Source: Candidatus Onthoplasma sp.
GTDB taxonomy: Bacteria; Bacillota; Clostridia; Christensenellales; UBA1242
NCBI GenBank assembly: GCA_045633245.1
Contig: JAZQYA010000015.1
Coordinates: forward strand, 1 to 63,363
Length of the DNA: 63,363 nucleotides
Direction of reading: 5' to 3'
Positions 46,186 through 56,649 of the stretch are shown here, piece by piece. The notes beneath the pieces were generated by a model, which had not been told where the DNA came from, did not search any database, and worked only from the letters and a program-made list of their open reading frames with translations. How positions within the stretch are numbered: position 1 is the stretch's first letter; each line of letters begins with the position of its first letter. The position numbers and the translations under genes were made by a program.

Positions 46186-47712
46186 ATGAAGTTACAAATG
46201 AAAGAAAGGTGGTTTAATTATCGACCGTTGTGCTTAATTTTTGGATTTCTATTATTAGGAAGTGTTTTTTCATTTTATTTAACAAAGCACCTTGTTCTTT
46301 CAATTATAAGTGCAGTAATAGTTGCAGTTTTCCTGTTTTCTTTAAGTATAATAAAAAAGAAACCAAAATATTTTCTAATTCCCTTGATTGCATTTGTTTT
46401 GGGAATATCTAGTTATTGGTTGGCAATTTCGTCATTTAATAATACTGTTGATTACACACCAAACACAATTCAAGCAAGAATTTTTAACATATCTAAAGAA
46501 GATAATGGTATGATTAAAATGGAAGCTGATGAGTGCATATTTGACAATGAAAATATTAACGATAATATTATAATTTTTATTTATGATAAAGATGGCTTAT
46601 TCAACAATATCGAAGTAGGAAGTATTATAAAATTTACTCCCTATAGATTCTATAAAAGTGATTTATTATATTATGAAACACCTAGTTCTTCATTATATAC
46701 AAATGACTTAAAATACACGGCTAGCGTATCAATTAAAAATGTTGAATATATTAACATTGATAAAACTTTTGCAGAACATATAAAGCAAAATGTAAAGGAC
46801 AATTTATCATTAGGTTTGTCAAATGAAAACACAGAGATTGCTTATTCAGCGTTGTTTGGCGATAAGGACTTGTTGTCAGATAAACAGTACAATGCCTACA
46901 AACTTTCAGGGGTTGCGCATTTGCTTGCTGTCTCTGGATTACACGTTGGAATTATAGTTGGGATACTAACTAAGGCGCTAAATTTTCGAAAATCTAAAAA
47001 TTGGTGGAAGTTTGGTGTTATTGCTGGATTGTTAATGCTTTATAGTTATATTTGTGGCTATTCAATTTCTGTGCTTAGGGCAAGCATAATGGCACTGATT
47101 TTCATGATGTCCGAAATATTAGGAAGAGAGTATGACTCATTTAACTCAATTTCCATTGCAGGAATAGTGATATTTATAATTAATCCACTATGCATATTTG
47201 ATGTTGCATTCCTTCTTAGTTTTGGCTGCGTAATCGGCATTACTATGTTATACATGCCAATTGAAAAGGCTTTATCTAAAACAAAAATTTCTCCTAAAAT
47301 CATTAAAAGTTTGGCTATTAGCTTGGCAACAACAATATCTATCGTTATAATAATGGCGTACTACTTTAGAACTTTAAACATAATTTCCATAGTGGCAAAT
47401 GTAATACTCATTCCAATATTCACAATGGCTTTTACAATAGTTTTTGTTGTTTCATTGGCATCATTGCTTTTGCCGATTTTATCGTATCTTTTGTTTCCTG
47501 TAAATTATGTTTTTGATTTGATTAATTTGATTGCAACCATTTTAGGTAACTTATCAATATCGAATTTCAACACAATAAGGTTTAATTATATTGCAATTAT
47601 TTTATATTTCATGCTTTTACTATTTCTTGGCCGTTTCTGCACATCAAAATATAGTTATAAAGCAATTTCTTCACTTTCAATACTTGCATTATTGTTCTGT
47701 TGTTTGCTATAA
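46186..47712 (+). CDS. comEC: ComEC/Rec2 family competence channel protein (no C-terminal metallo-beta-lactamase domain)
   Basis: 508 aa; N-terminal OB/DUF4131-like region, then a polytopic competence domain (SGVAHLLAVSGLHVG); followed by holA as in Bacillus. Confidence 0.8.
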   Translation: MKLQMKERWFNYRPLCLIFGFLLLGSVFSFYLTKHLVLSIISAVIVAVFLFSLSIIKKKPKYFLIPLIAFVLGISSYWLAISSFNNTVDYTPNTIQARIFNISKEDNGMIKMEADECIFDNENINDNIIIFIYDKDGLFNNIEVGSIIKFTPYRFYKSDLLYYETPSSSLYTNDLKYTASVSIKNVEYINIDKTFAEHIKQNVKDNLSLGLSNENTEIAYSALFGDKDLLSDKQYNAYKLSGVAHLLAVSGLHVGIIVGILTKALNFRKSKNWWKFGVIAGLLMLYSYICGYSISVLRASIMALIFMMSEILGREYDSFNSISIAGIVIFIINPLCIFDVAFLLSFGCVIGITMLYMPIEKALSKTKISPKIIKSLAISLATTISIVIIMAYYFRTLNIISIVANVILIPIFTMAFTIVFVVSLASLLLPILSYLLFPVNYVFDLINLIATILGNLSISNFNTIRFNYIAIILYFMLLLFLGRFCTSKYSYKAISSLSILALLFCCLL

Positions 47713-47723
47713 TAGAGGTTATT

Positions 47724-48638
47724 ATGAAATTTATCGAATTGAATAAAAACTTAAAAGAAAAAATACACCCTTTGTACAATATAAAAGGTGAAGATTTTTT
47801 CCTTATAAAGCAAGCACTAAATAATATCAAATCTTATTTGATTAAAGATTTTGAAGAATTTAATTTTATATCACTTGATGCAGAAAAAATGAAAAAAGAA
47901 CAAGTTTATGAGCAAATGGCAACTTTGCCGATTGGAAATGATTTCAGACTTATTGTCGTAAACAATCCAAATCAAGACATTGTAAAATTTTTAAACAAAT
48001 ATAATTATGTGGATGAGTTTGTTGTGGTTGTTTGTGTGGGAGCTGACGGCTTAACGGCAGGAGAAGTTGTTGATTGCACAAAGTTGGATAGAGCAGATTT
48101 AACTAAATATATATTAAATTATTTAAGTAAAAGTAAATTGTCAATTGAAGAACAGGCCTTAGATTATTTAATTGAGGCGACAGGCGGAAATATGTCAAAG
48201 CTAGTAAATGAACTAAGTAAAATATCTGCTTATTGTTTAGATTTAGAATTAGTTACTTTAGACATTGTTACAAATCTGGTTGCAAACTCAACCGAATATG
48301 CAATTTATATGCTCACAAATGCAATTGACACAAAAAACTATGCTAACTATCAAAAAATTCTAAATGATTTAACAAAAGGACAATCTCAGGGAGAAATATT
48401 CTCCTATATGGGCAAGTATTTCAAAAGAATGCAATACATTTCACTGAGTAAAAATGATGAAGAATTGGCAAAAATTTTAAATATAAAACCTTATGCCGTA
48501 ACTATGAGTAGGAAGCATGTATCAACTAATGGAATTAAATATTATTTAAATCTATATGAAAAGTACATTAATTTAGACTATAAGATCAAGTCAGGCAAGA
48601 TAACTCCAGCAAACGCATTATATGAATTAATTTTTTAG
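47724..48638 (+). CDS. holA: DNA polymerase III subunit delta
   Basis: about 305 aa; position between comEC and rpsT; clamp-loader delta-like pattern. ATG 47724 behind agaggt. Confidence 0.75.
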   Translation: MKFIELNKNLKEKIHPLYNIKGEDFFLIKQALNNIKSYLIKDFEEFNFISLDAEKMKKEQVYEQMATLPIGNDFRLIVVNNPNQDIVKFLNKYNYVDEFVVVVCVGADGLTAGEVVDCTKLDRADLTKYILNYLSKSKLSIEEQALDYLIEATGGNMSKLVNELSKISAYCLDLELVTLDIVTNLVANSTEYAIYMLTNAIDTKNYANYQKILNDLTKGQSQGEIFSYMGKYFKRMQYISLSKNDEELAKILNIKPYAVTMSRKHVSTNGIKYYLNLYEKYINLDYKIKSGKITPANALYELIF

Positions 48639-48646
48639 GTACTATT

Positions 48647-49315
48647 ATGAAAGATTCAGAATTACTTATACCCACTAATATAGTTAAATCAAAGCGAAAG
48701 TCCATTTCTTTAATAATAAAAAACAATGGTGAATTTATTGTTAGAGCACCTCTTAGGACATCTGAAAAACATATATTTGATTTTATTAATCAAAAATCAA
48801 ATTGGATTATTTCAAAAAGAAAAGAACAACTAAACAACACAATATTTACATTATCTTTTAACAAACAAGAACAAGTAAATATATTGGGTAATGATTATGA
48901 CTTAATTTATAATGATATATCTAGAGTTAAATTGTATGAAAATCAAGTAATCATCCCCAATAAAGATGCAAAGAAAAAATTAATTACTTTTTTGAAAAAG
49001 ATAGCAAAAGATTATATTTCAAAGCGAATAGGAGAGATTTCAAACCTATATAATTTCTCATATAATTCAATTGGCATTAGTTCTGCAAAAACCTGTTGGG
49101 GGTCTTGTGGTGCAAATAATAATTTACATTTTACGTATAAACTTGTTTTATGTCCGCCCGAAGTTGTTGATTATATTATAATACATGAATTATGTCATAC
49201 AAAAATTAAAAACCATAGCAAACAATTTTGGCAATTGGTTGAAAAATATTGTCCCTCTTATAAAATTTATGATAAATGGCTCAAAAAAAATAGAGCTATT
49301 ATTGAACTAATATAA
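48647..49315 (+). CDS. YgjP-like (DUF45/M48 family) metallopeptidase
   Basis: C-terminal HELCH zinc motif (IIIHELCHTKIKNHSKQFW). Confidence 0.75.
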   Translation: MKDSELLIPTNIVKSKRKSISLIIKNNGEFIVRAPLRTSEKHIFDFINQKSNWIISKRKEQLNNTIFTLSFNKQEQVNILGNDYDLIYNDISRVKLYENQVIIPNKDAKKKLITFLKKIAKDYISKRIGEISNLYNFSYNSIGISSAKTCWGSCGANNNLHFTYKLVLCPPEVVDYIIIHELCHTKIKNHSKQFWQLVEKYCPSYKIYDKWLKKNRAIIELI

Positions 49316-49346
49316 AAAAAGGAACTTATATTTAAAGTTCCTTTTT
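49314..49346. terminator. bidirectional terminator between the ygjP-like gene and rpsT
   Basis: aaaaaaggaactt atatttaa agttccttttt. Confidence 0.8.
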
Positions 49347-49394
49347 ATTGTACATAACAACAAAATATATTTTCGTCAGAAAATTGTTTTATTA

Positions 49395-49652
49395 TTACTT
49401 ATTATTAGCATAAGAGCTTAATCTAGCTTTCTTTCTGTTAGCAGTTGCTTTTTGCAAAATACCTTTAGAAACGGCAGAATCAATTAATGAAAATGTTTCA
49501 CTCAAAAGTTGAGATGCATTTTCAGCTTTGTTATCTACAGCAAGTTTATACTTCTTAACATAAGTTGCAATCTTAGTTTTGTAAGATTTATTTTCCATAG
49601 TTTGTCTGTTGATAACATCAATGCGTTTCTTAGCTGATTTAATATTAGCCAT
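49395..49652 (-). CDS. rpsT: 30S ribosomal protein S20
   Basis: MANIKSAKKRIDV... canonical S20 N-terminus behind ggaggt; the ORF-track start 49673 is an extension. Confidence 0.9.
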   Translation of the reverse strand: MANIKSAKKRIDVINRQTMENKSYKTKIATYVKKYKLAVDNKAENASQLLSETFSLIDSAVSKGILQKATANRKKARLSSYANNK

Positions 49653-49709
49653 TACAAACCTCCAATTCGACATTCAGTATAACAAATATTGTTTCAAAAA
49701 TCAAGTGCT

Positions 49710-49738
49710 TTCACAATATTTTTTAAAAAACATATATT
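49710..49738 (+). promoter_or_regulatory. promoter of murI, predicted leaderless
   Basis: TTCACA, 17-nt spacer, TATATT; 5 nt to ATG 49744; no SD. Confidence 0.45.
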
Positions 49739-49743
49739 ATATT

Positions 49744-50418
49744 ATGTCAAATTGCCAAAATCCAACAATTGCTATAATTGATAGCGGAATTGGTGGGGTT
49801 TCTGTTTTGCGTCAATTAATAAGCAAATGTAATGGTGGAAATTACATATATTTTGCAGATAATCTGTTTATGCCTTATGGAAATAAAACCAAATCTTGGC
49901 TAAAAAATCGTTTAAATAATATTATTGAATTCTTAAATGATAAATATAAAGTTGATTTTATTATTGTTGCTTGCAACACAGCATCAGCCAACATAAATCA
50001 AAGTGATTATGATAACGTCAAAATCATGAGTTTTGATAATGATTTAACTTATTTTGCAACAAATTTAACTAAGAAAACCTTGCGAGATAGAAATATCATA
50101 GCATCCAACACGCTTGCTAAGCAGATTGAATTTAACATTAACAACCAAACAAAATTAGAGCATATTGTTAAACGCCACATAAATTTTCATAAGCTAAACA
50201 AATTAAATCAATTTGTTCTTGGATGTACGCATTATGAATTGGCAGAACATATTTTTAAAAAATTTTGTCCGAATAGTGAAATAATAAATAATAGTTCTTT
50301 TTTGATAAACAAACTAGATTTTTTAACTCCACAAAAAGAATTTAATTTAATTATGTTAACATCCAAGCAAGATTACAAACTTCAAACAACCATTTTAAAC
50401 CTTTTAAGATCACACTAA
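49744..50418 (+). CDS. murI: glutamate racemase
   Basis: IAIIDSGIGGVSV, VACNTAS and LGCTHY active-site Cys motifs; the ORF-track start 49609 overlaps rpsT. Confidence 0.85.
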   Translation: MSNCQNPTIAIIDSGIGGVSVLRQLISKCNGGNYIYFADNLFMPYGNKTKSWLKNRLNNIIEFLNDKYKVDFIIVACNTASANINQSDYDNVKIMSFDNDLTYFATNLTKKTLRDRNIIASNTLAKQIEFNINNQTKLEHIVKRHINFHKLNKLNQFVLGCTHYELAEHIFKKFCPNSEIINNSSFLINKLDFLTPQKEFNLIMLTSKQDYKLQTTILNLLRSH

Positions 50419-52668
50419 CCATTTCTTTTTACTTGTTATAATTTCGTTATTAAGCAAATTAACAAGAAAATCTTGTGGTTTAATCTTTTTAATTTTGCCA
50501 ATAATATTACCTTGTGAGTTAGTTATATAGTATTCAATTTCATCGAATTGAAAAACTTCTTTATCTAAGACTGTCACGTTGCCATTTTTTTCTTTTATAG
50601 TTTCTATTAATTTTTTACCATGTCTTGTTGATTTGTAAATATTATATGTTTCATATTTTTTTGATTCAAAATTTATGCTGCAGCCTATTTTATCAACAGC
50701 GATAGAAAAGTCAAAATCTTCTAAAGTTGGTGCTGATGGTTGATTATCATTTTTAAAATAATCATATGCTATGTAACGCTCAATATTATGATTTGGTTGA
50801 ACTAAAATGTTGTTGATCTCATATTCAATTAAATCATACTCAACTTTTTTAATGTTTGCGGGCAATTCAAAATCATTTGGTTTGTTGTTAGAGTAGAGAT
50901 AGGTGCAAATATCTTTATTAATCTCAGTTGGTTGAGAAGAACTCAACATTGAGTTAGGAAGAACCTTGTTATCTATGTCTGCAATCCATGTTAACATTAA
51001 ATGATTGGTTGTGTATGTAATATTGTATAGATCAGTGTTTCCTGTTGGAGTACTAGCGGTCCCGGTTTTACTAGCAACAGGCAAATTAAGTGAAGCCAAA
51101 CGTTTAGCTGTTCCAACTTTCGCGCAATCTCTTAAAATATCGTTTATCAAAAAGCAACTATCATCACCAATAACTTTAGTTGCAAATTTTTCATGTTCAT
51201 AAATTGGTTCGCCTTTCTCATCTAGAATTTTATTAACGAAACATAAATGGTTATATTCCCCCTGATTAGCCAAAACACCATAAGCAGAAAGAAGATCAAG
51301 CAAATTAACACCATTTTTAACTGCACCAAGAGCCAAACTCAAGTTAAGATCGCTGTTTGTGATGTTTATTCCCAATTTTGATAGCGTTTCCTTTGATTTT
51401 TTTAGTCCCAAATAATCCAAAGCTTTAACTGCAGGAACGTTATATGAATTTCTCAATGAATCCCGGCATGAAACATGTCCATGGAATACTTTATCAGCAT
51501 TCTGAGGTGAAAATCCATTATAGTTTATTTCTTCATCTAGAATTTTTGATGCTGGTGACAATATATTGTGTTCAAAACAGGGTAAATACACTGCAAGAGG
51601 TTTTAAGGTTGATGCAGGTTGTCTGCACAAATTATGTAAATTATAATTTGAATTGGCATAATATGCAAGCACATGTCCGTCCGTATTTGTTACAACAGAT
51701 AGACTATCTAAACTGGAGTTCGAAATCTCTTCAGATAAAGAAATAGTCTTATTATTGTATTCTATAACCTTTGATTGTAAATTATCGTCCTTAAAAGTGA
51801 TTATTTGATAATTTTTGTTAATTAAATCACGTTCATTAAGATTTAACAGTTTGCAAGCTTCAAAAATTGCTTCTTTTTCATAACTATTATCCGTTTCGCT
51901 ATAATCAATAATTGAAATAGGTGTGTTCACAACTAATTCGTAACTATCCATGTCGATATCACCAACTTCCAACATTCTTTTTGCAACAAGATTTTTACGT
52001 ATATTTGAATTATCTTTGTTTGTTTTAGGAGAGTAGTATGCTGGGGATTTAATTAAACCCGCCAAACAACACGCTTCATTTAAAGTTAAATCTTTTGAAG
52101 ATTTATTAAAATATATTTTACTCGCATTTTCTATTCCATAGGCATTTGAGCCAAAATATATTGTGTTTAGATACATCTCCAAAATTTCATCTTTTGAAAA
52201 CCTTTTTTCCATTTTTATCGATAATATAATTTCTTTTAACTTTCTTGAATATGTTTTTTCATTGCTGAGTAGTGCATTTTTAATTAATTGTTGACTTATT
52301 GTTGAAGCTCCTTGAGATTTTGAATTTGTGGTTAAATTTATAAAACCAGATTTTAAAATTCGTTTTAAATCGTAACCATTATGTGAATAAAAACGCTTAT
52401 CTTCAATATCTATAAATGCGTTTTTTACATATTCTGGTAAGGTTTCGATTTCCACAATTGATCTGTTTGTATTATATAAAGTGTTGTCAATTCCGCTTGC
52501 TGAATAAACTTTGATTCCGTTGTTTAAACTAGTTAATTTATTGATGTCGAGTTTATATTTGTTATAAAAATATACTGTTGTTATAGCCATCGCAAGAAAA
52601 ATAAATATGATCATTACAGATAATATCAAAAGAACTTTTTTAAGTTTGTTGCTTTTTTTTACCATCAT
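50410..52668 (-). CDS. class A penicillin-binding protein (glycosyltransferase/transpeptidase)
   Basis: N-terminal TM; GT51 motifs EDKRFYSHNGYD and RKLKE; transpeptidase STLKP, SYN, KTGT. Confidence 0.9.
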   Translation of the reverse strand: MMVKKSNKLKKVLLILSVMIIFIFLAMAITTVYFYNKYKLDINKLTSLNNGIKVYSASGIDNTLYNTNRSIVEIETLPEYVKNAFIDIEDKRFYSHNGYDLKRILKSGFINLTTNSKSQGASTISQQLIKNALLSNEKTYSRKLKEIILSIKMEKRFSKDEILEMYLNTIYFGSNAYGIENASKIYFNKSSKDLTLNEACCLAGLIKSPAYYSPKTNKDNSNIRKNLVAKRMLEVGDIDMDSYELVVNTPISIIDYSETDNSYEKEAIFEACKLLNLNERDLINKNYQIITFKDDNLQSKVIEYNNKTISLSEEISNSSLDSLSVVTNTDGHVLAYYANSNYNLHNLCRQPASTLKPLAVYLPCFEHNILSPASKILDEEINYNGFSPQNADKVFHGHVSCRDSLRNSYNVPAVKALDYLGLKKSKETLSKLGINITNSDLNLSLALGAVKNGVNLLDLLSAYGVLANQGEYNHLCFVNKILDEKGEPIYEHEKFATKVIGDDSCFLINDILRDCAKVGTAKRLASLNLPVASKTGTASTPTGNTDLYNITYTTNHLMLTWIADIDNKVLPNSMLSSSQPTEINKDICTYLYSNNKPNDFELPANIKKVEYDLIEYEINNILVQPNHNIERYIAYDYFKNDNQPSAPTLEDFDFSIAVDKIGCSINFESKKYETYNIYKSTRHGKKLIETIKEKNGNVTVLDKEVFQFDEIEYYITNSQGNIIGKIKKIKPQDFLVNLLNNEIITSKKKWLV

Positions 52669-52716
52669 AGTATTATCTGCAAGATAACGAATTTAATTAT
52701 CATTTATCAAAAATAG

Positions 52717-52745
52717 TTGAAAAATGTTAAATATTATATTATAAT
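52717..52745 (+). promoter_or_regulatory. promoter of miaB, predicted leaderless
   Basis: TTGAAA, 17-nt spacer, TATAAT; 6 nt to ATG 52752; no SD. Confidence 0.55.
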
Positions 52746-52751
52746 ATTAAC

Positions 52752-54083
52752 ATGAGTAATTATGCTGGTAAATTTTATCATGTGGTAACCTATGGTTGCC
52801 AAATGAATGTGCACGAGAGTGAAAAAGTTCGTGGAATTTTAGAATCTTTAGGAATGAATGAAGTTGAAGACATTGCAAAAGCCAATGTTGTTGTTTTTAA
52901 CACCTGTTGTATTAGAGAGGGTGCTGAAGATAGAGCTTATAACAATATTATGGCTTTGCGTAAATGGAAACAGGCTAACCCTGATAATGTTATCATTGTG
53001 TGTGGTTGTATGTCTCAACAAAAGGCTGGTAAATATAACTTAAAATCAAAATTGCCATTTGTTGATATTATTATTGGAACCCATAACATCAATTCTTTAT
53101 CTAAACATTTAGAAACATTGTCTGAAAACCGCAAACAAATATATGAGATTTTAGATAAATCGCACGGATCAATGGACTCAATGAAATGCGTTAGAGACGA
53201 TAGAACAAATGCATATGTAAACATTATTTATGGTTGCAATAAATTTTGTACCTATTGTATTGTTCCATATGTTAGAGGAAGAGAAAAATCTAGACCAATG
53301 GATGAAATCTATAATGAAGTTAAAGATTTAGTTCAAAATCAAGGTTACAAATATATAACCCTTCTAGGACAAAATGTAAATTCATATGGAAAAGATTTAG
53401 AGAATGGTTTATCATTTAGCAAGCTTTTAGAAAATCTTTGCAAAATTGAGGGCGATTTTAAAATTAAATTTATGACTTCACATCCAATGGATTTCAGTGA
53501 TGATTTAATTCGTGTGATGAAAACGCAAGATAAAGTTGCAAAATACCTTCACTTGCCGGTTCAATCTGGAAGTAGCGTAATTTTGAAAAAGATGAACAGA
53601 CATTATGACTCTAAGCATTATATGCGCATCATAAAAAAAGTTAAGCACGCAATACCAAATATTGCATTGTCAACAGATATTATTGTTGGATTCCCGGGAG
53701 AGACTGAAACAGACTTTAACAAAACCATGAAACTTATCAAAAAAGTTAAGTACGATCAAGTTTTTGCATTTATGTATTCTAAAAGAACAGGAACTCCAGC
53801 GGCAACATTTGACACTCAAGTTGATGAAGAAGTTAAAAATATAAGAGTAAATAAGCTTTTACGCCTTCAAAAAATCATTCAAAAAGATGCTCTTAAGAAA
53901 AACATTAACAAAACATATAATTGCTTAATTAAATTCGTAAATGGAGTTGCAGTTGGCTTAACAGATGGTGGCAGAGAGATATATATCCCAACTTATAGAT
54001 ATCAAAATGAAAACTACTTTGCAAACGTGAAAGTTGAAGATATAAGAAACCATAAACTATCAGGAGTTATAGATGAACGATAA
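52752..54083 (+). CDS. miaB: tRNA (N6-isopentenyl adenosine(37)-C2)-methylthiotransferase MiaB
   Basis: N-terminal Cys cluster (YGCQMN..NTCCIRE..GCM), radical-SAM CNKFCTYCIVP, TRAM C-terminus. Confidence 0.9.
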   Translation: MSNYAGKFYHVVTYGCQMNVHESEKVRGILESLGMNEVEDIAKANVVVFNTCCIREGAEDRAYNNIMALRKWKQANPDNVIIVCGCMSQQKAGKYNLKSKLPFVDIIIGTHNINSLSKHLETLSENRKQIYEILDKSHGSMDSMKCVRDDRTNAYVNIIYGCNKFCTYCIVPYVRGREKSRPMDEIYNEVKDLVQNQGYKYITLLGQNVNSYGKDLENGLSFSKLLENLCKIEGDFKIKFMTSHPMDFSDDLIRVMKTQDKVAKYLHLPVQSGSSVILKKMNRHYDSKHYMRIIKKVKHAIPNIALSTDIIVGFPGETETDFNKTMKLIKKVKYDQVFAFMYSKRTGTPAATFDTQVDEEVKNIRVNKLLRLQKIIQKDALKKNINKTYNCLIKFVNGVAVGLTDGGREIYIPTYRYQNENYFANVKVEDIRNHKLSGVIDER

Positions 54084-56628
54084 AAACAAATTGTCACCAA
54101 TGATGACACAATTTTTGGCAACCAAAGAACAATATAAAGATTGCATACTTTTTTATAGACTTGGTGATTTTTATGAAATGTTTTATGAAGATGCTGTTGT
54201 TGCAAGCAAAGAATTAGATTTAACATTAACAGGAAAAGATTGTGGAGTTGATGAAAGAGCACCAATGTGTGGAATTCCTCACCACGCATATGAAGGATAT
54301 GTTCAAAAACTAATTGAAAAGGGTTATAAAGTTGCAATTTGTGAACAAACAGACAAGATTGTTAACAAAGTTATGCAACGAGAAGTCGTTCGAATCATCA
54401 CACCAGGAACAGCAATTGATTCTGTTATGCTAAACGAAACATTAAACACCTTTATTATGTGTATATTTAAGCAGAAAAACGCAATATCTTATGCTTATAG
54501 TGACTTGTCAACAGGTGAAATTTCAGTTGGAGAATATTCGGGAGAAAACATATATGGTTATATAAATGACCAAATCGTTAGAGTGATGCCAAGCGAAATT
54601 ATTTGTAATGAAGAGTTCAAACTATCTGAGAGCAAAATTCCCTCACTAACCGTCAATGATAAATTCAGACTAAATCAATATTATGAATGGGCATTTAATA
54701 TATCACATGCTGAAAAAATAATCAAACAACAATATAATATTGATAGTTTAAAAAGATTTGATTTCAATAAACCTCTTTCTTTAGTTGTTATTGGTGCGCT
54801 ATTAGAATACTTCAAAGAAACACAAAAACGTGAATTAAAGCATCTAAAAATGCCACGAGTTATTAATGATGAACACTTTATGTATCTTGACACTAACACA
54901 AGAAAAAACCTTGAAATTGAACAAACAATGCATGATGCAACAAAGCATGGAAGTTTGTTGTGGGTTTTAGATCAAACCGAAACCAATGGTGGTGCAAGAA
55001 TGTTGCGATCTTGGATAAGACAACCATTACAAGACAAATCAATAATTGATTCACGTTTAGATATGGTTAAAACGATATATTCAAATCAACTTTTAAGAAC
55101 AAACTTAAAACAGCAACTTTCATCAATTCAAGATATTGAAAGATTGGTTGGAAAAATCGCTTATGGCAGCATTACTCCAAAAGATTGTTTGGCTCTTGCC
55201 AATTCATTAGATATGGTTCCTAATGTAAAACAATCTCTTTTAGCTTCTAAAAATACACAATTAATAAATTTAGCTGAAAAACTCATAGATGTTAGTGAAA
55301 TTGTTTATCTTATTAATCAAACAATTGATACAAATGCAACTTCAATAATGAAAGATGGTGGATATATTAAACAGGGATTTAATCAATCTTTAGATGAATT
55401 AAGAAATCTCAAGCAAAACGCAGAAGATATTATATTATCCATTCAAGCAAGAGAGCGCGAGTCTACAGGTATTAAAAATTTAAAAATTGGTTATAATCGT
55501 GTGTTTGGCTACTATATTGAAGTCAACAAACAGTTTAGCGATCAAGTGCCTTTTAATTACGTTAGAAAACAAACTATTTCTAATAATGAAAGATACATCA
55601 CTGAAGAATTGAAAAAATTTGAGGAACAAGTGTTCACAAGTCATGAGCGTTCGTTAGCTCTAGAGCATGAAATATTTACTCAATTTAAAGCTCAACTTTT
55701 ATTAAATGCTCAAATAATGCAAGAAATTGCAACAACAATATCAACAATAGATTGCTTATATTCTTTGGGAACAGTTGCCTCTGAAAACAACTATGTTTGT
55801 CCTAATATTACAAGAGATAAAACATTAAAGATTATTGGGGGACGTCATCCTATAATTGAAAAAATTAGCAAAGCAGACTTTATTGAAAATGACTGCTTGC
55901 TTAATGATACTGACCAACAAACAATAATTTTAACAGGTCCAAACATGGCGGGAAAGTCAACATATATGCGTCAAGTTGCTTTAATAACATACATGGCTCA
56001 TATTGGTAGTTTTGTTCCTGCTGAAAGTGCAGATATTTGTTTAGTTGATAGGATATTCACTAGAATTGGAGCGAGCGACGATTTGGCAGTTGGACAATCT
56101 ACTTTTATGGTTGAAATGATTGAGGTTGCTAACATATTGCATTTTTGCACCAATAATAGCTTAATAATACTCGATGAAGTTGGAAGAGGAACTTCAACGT
56201 TTGATGGACTTTCAATTGCTTGGGCAGTTGTTGAGTTTTTATCAAAAAATCTTAACGCAAAAACGCTTTTTGCAACCCATTATCATGAATTAATGAAACT
56301 CGAAGGTCTATACTATGGAGTTAAAAATTATTGCATATCTATTAAAGAAATTGGTGGGAAACTAGTCTTTTTGCGTAAAATAATGCGTGGTAGTGCAACA
56401 AAAAGTTATGGCATCGAAGTTGCAAATCTAGCTGGTCTTCCAATGCAAATCATTGAAAGAGCTAAAGAACTAATTAAAGAGCTCGAAAACGAAAAAATGA
56501 CTATGAGTTCCAGCAATGAAAAACATAGTGAGATTGTTAACATCCTTAAAGAAATTGATATGAATAAAATGTCTCCTATGATAGCGTTTGACACTTTAGC
56601 ACACCTTGTTGAAATGATAAATAAATAA
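54073..56628 (+). CDS. mutS: DNA mismatch repair protein MutS
   Basis: 851 aa; mismatch-binding GDFYE, Walker A GPNMAGKST, DEVGRGTST. Confidence 0.95.
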   Translation: MNDKNKLSPMMTQFLATKEQYKDCILFYRLGDFYEMFYEDAVVASKELDLTLTGKDCGVDERAPMCGIPHHAYEGYVQKLIEKGYKVAICEQTDKIVNKVMQREVVRIITPGTAIDSVMLNETLNTFIMCIFKQKNAISYAYSDLSTGEISVGEYSGENIYGYINDQIVRVMPSEIICNEEFKLSESKIPSLTVNDKFRLNQYYEWAFNISHAEKIIKQQYNIDSLKRFDFNKPLSLVVIGALLEYFKETQKRELKHLKMPRVINDEHFMYLDTNTRKNLEIEQTMHDATKHGSLLWVLDQTETNGGARMLRSWIRQPLQDKSIIDSRLDMVKTIYSNQLLRTNLKQQLSSIQDIERLVGKIAYGSITPKDCLALANSLDMVPNVKQSLLASKNTQLINLAEKLIDVSEIVYLINQTIDTNATSIMKDGGYIKQGFNQSLDELRNLKQNAEDIILSIQARERESTGIKNLKIGYNRVFGYYIEVNKQFSDQVPFNYVRKQTISNNERYITEELKKFEEQVFTSHERSLALEHEIFTQFKAQLLLNAQIMQEIATTISTIDCLYSLGTVASENNYVCPNITRDKTLKIIGGRHPIIEKISKADFIENDCLLNDTDQQTIILTGPNMAGKSTYMRQVALITYMAHIGSFVPAESADICLVDRIFTRIGASDDLAVGQSTFMVEMIEVANILHFCTNNSLIILDEVGRGTSTFDGLSIAWAVVEFLSKNLNAKTLFATHYHELMKLEGLYYGVKNYCISIKEIGGKLVFLRKIMRGSATKSYGIEVANLAGLPMQIIERAKELIKELENEKMTMSSSNEKHSEIVNILKEIDMNKMSPMIAFDTLAHLVEMINK

Positions 56629-56649
56629 TTAACTAATAAGGAAAAACTT

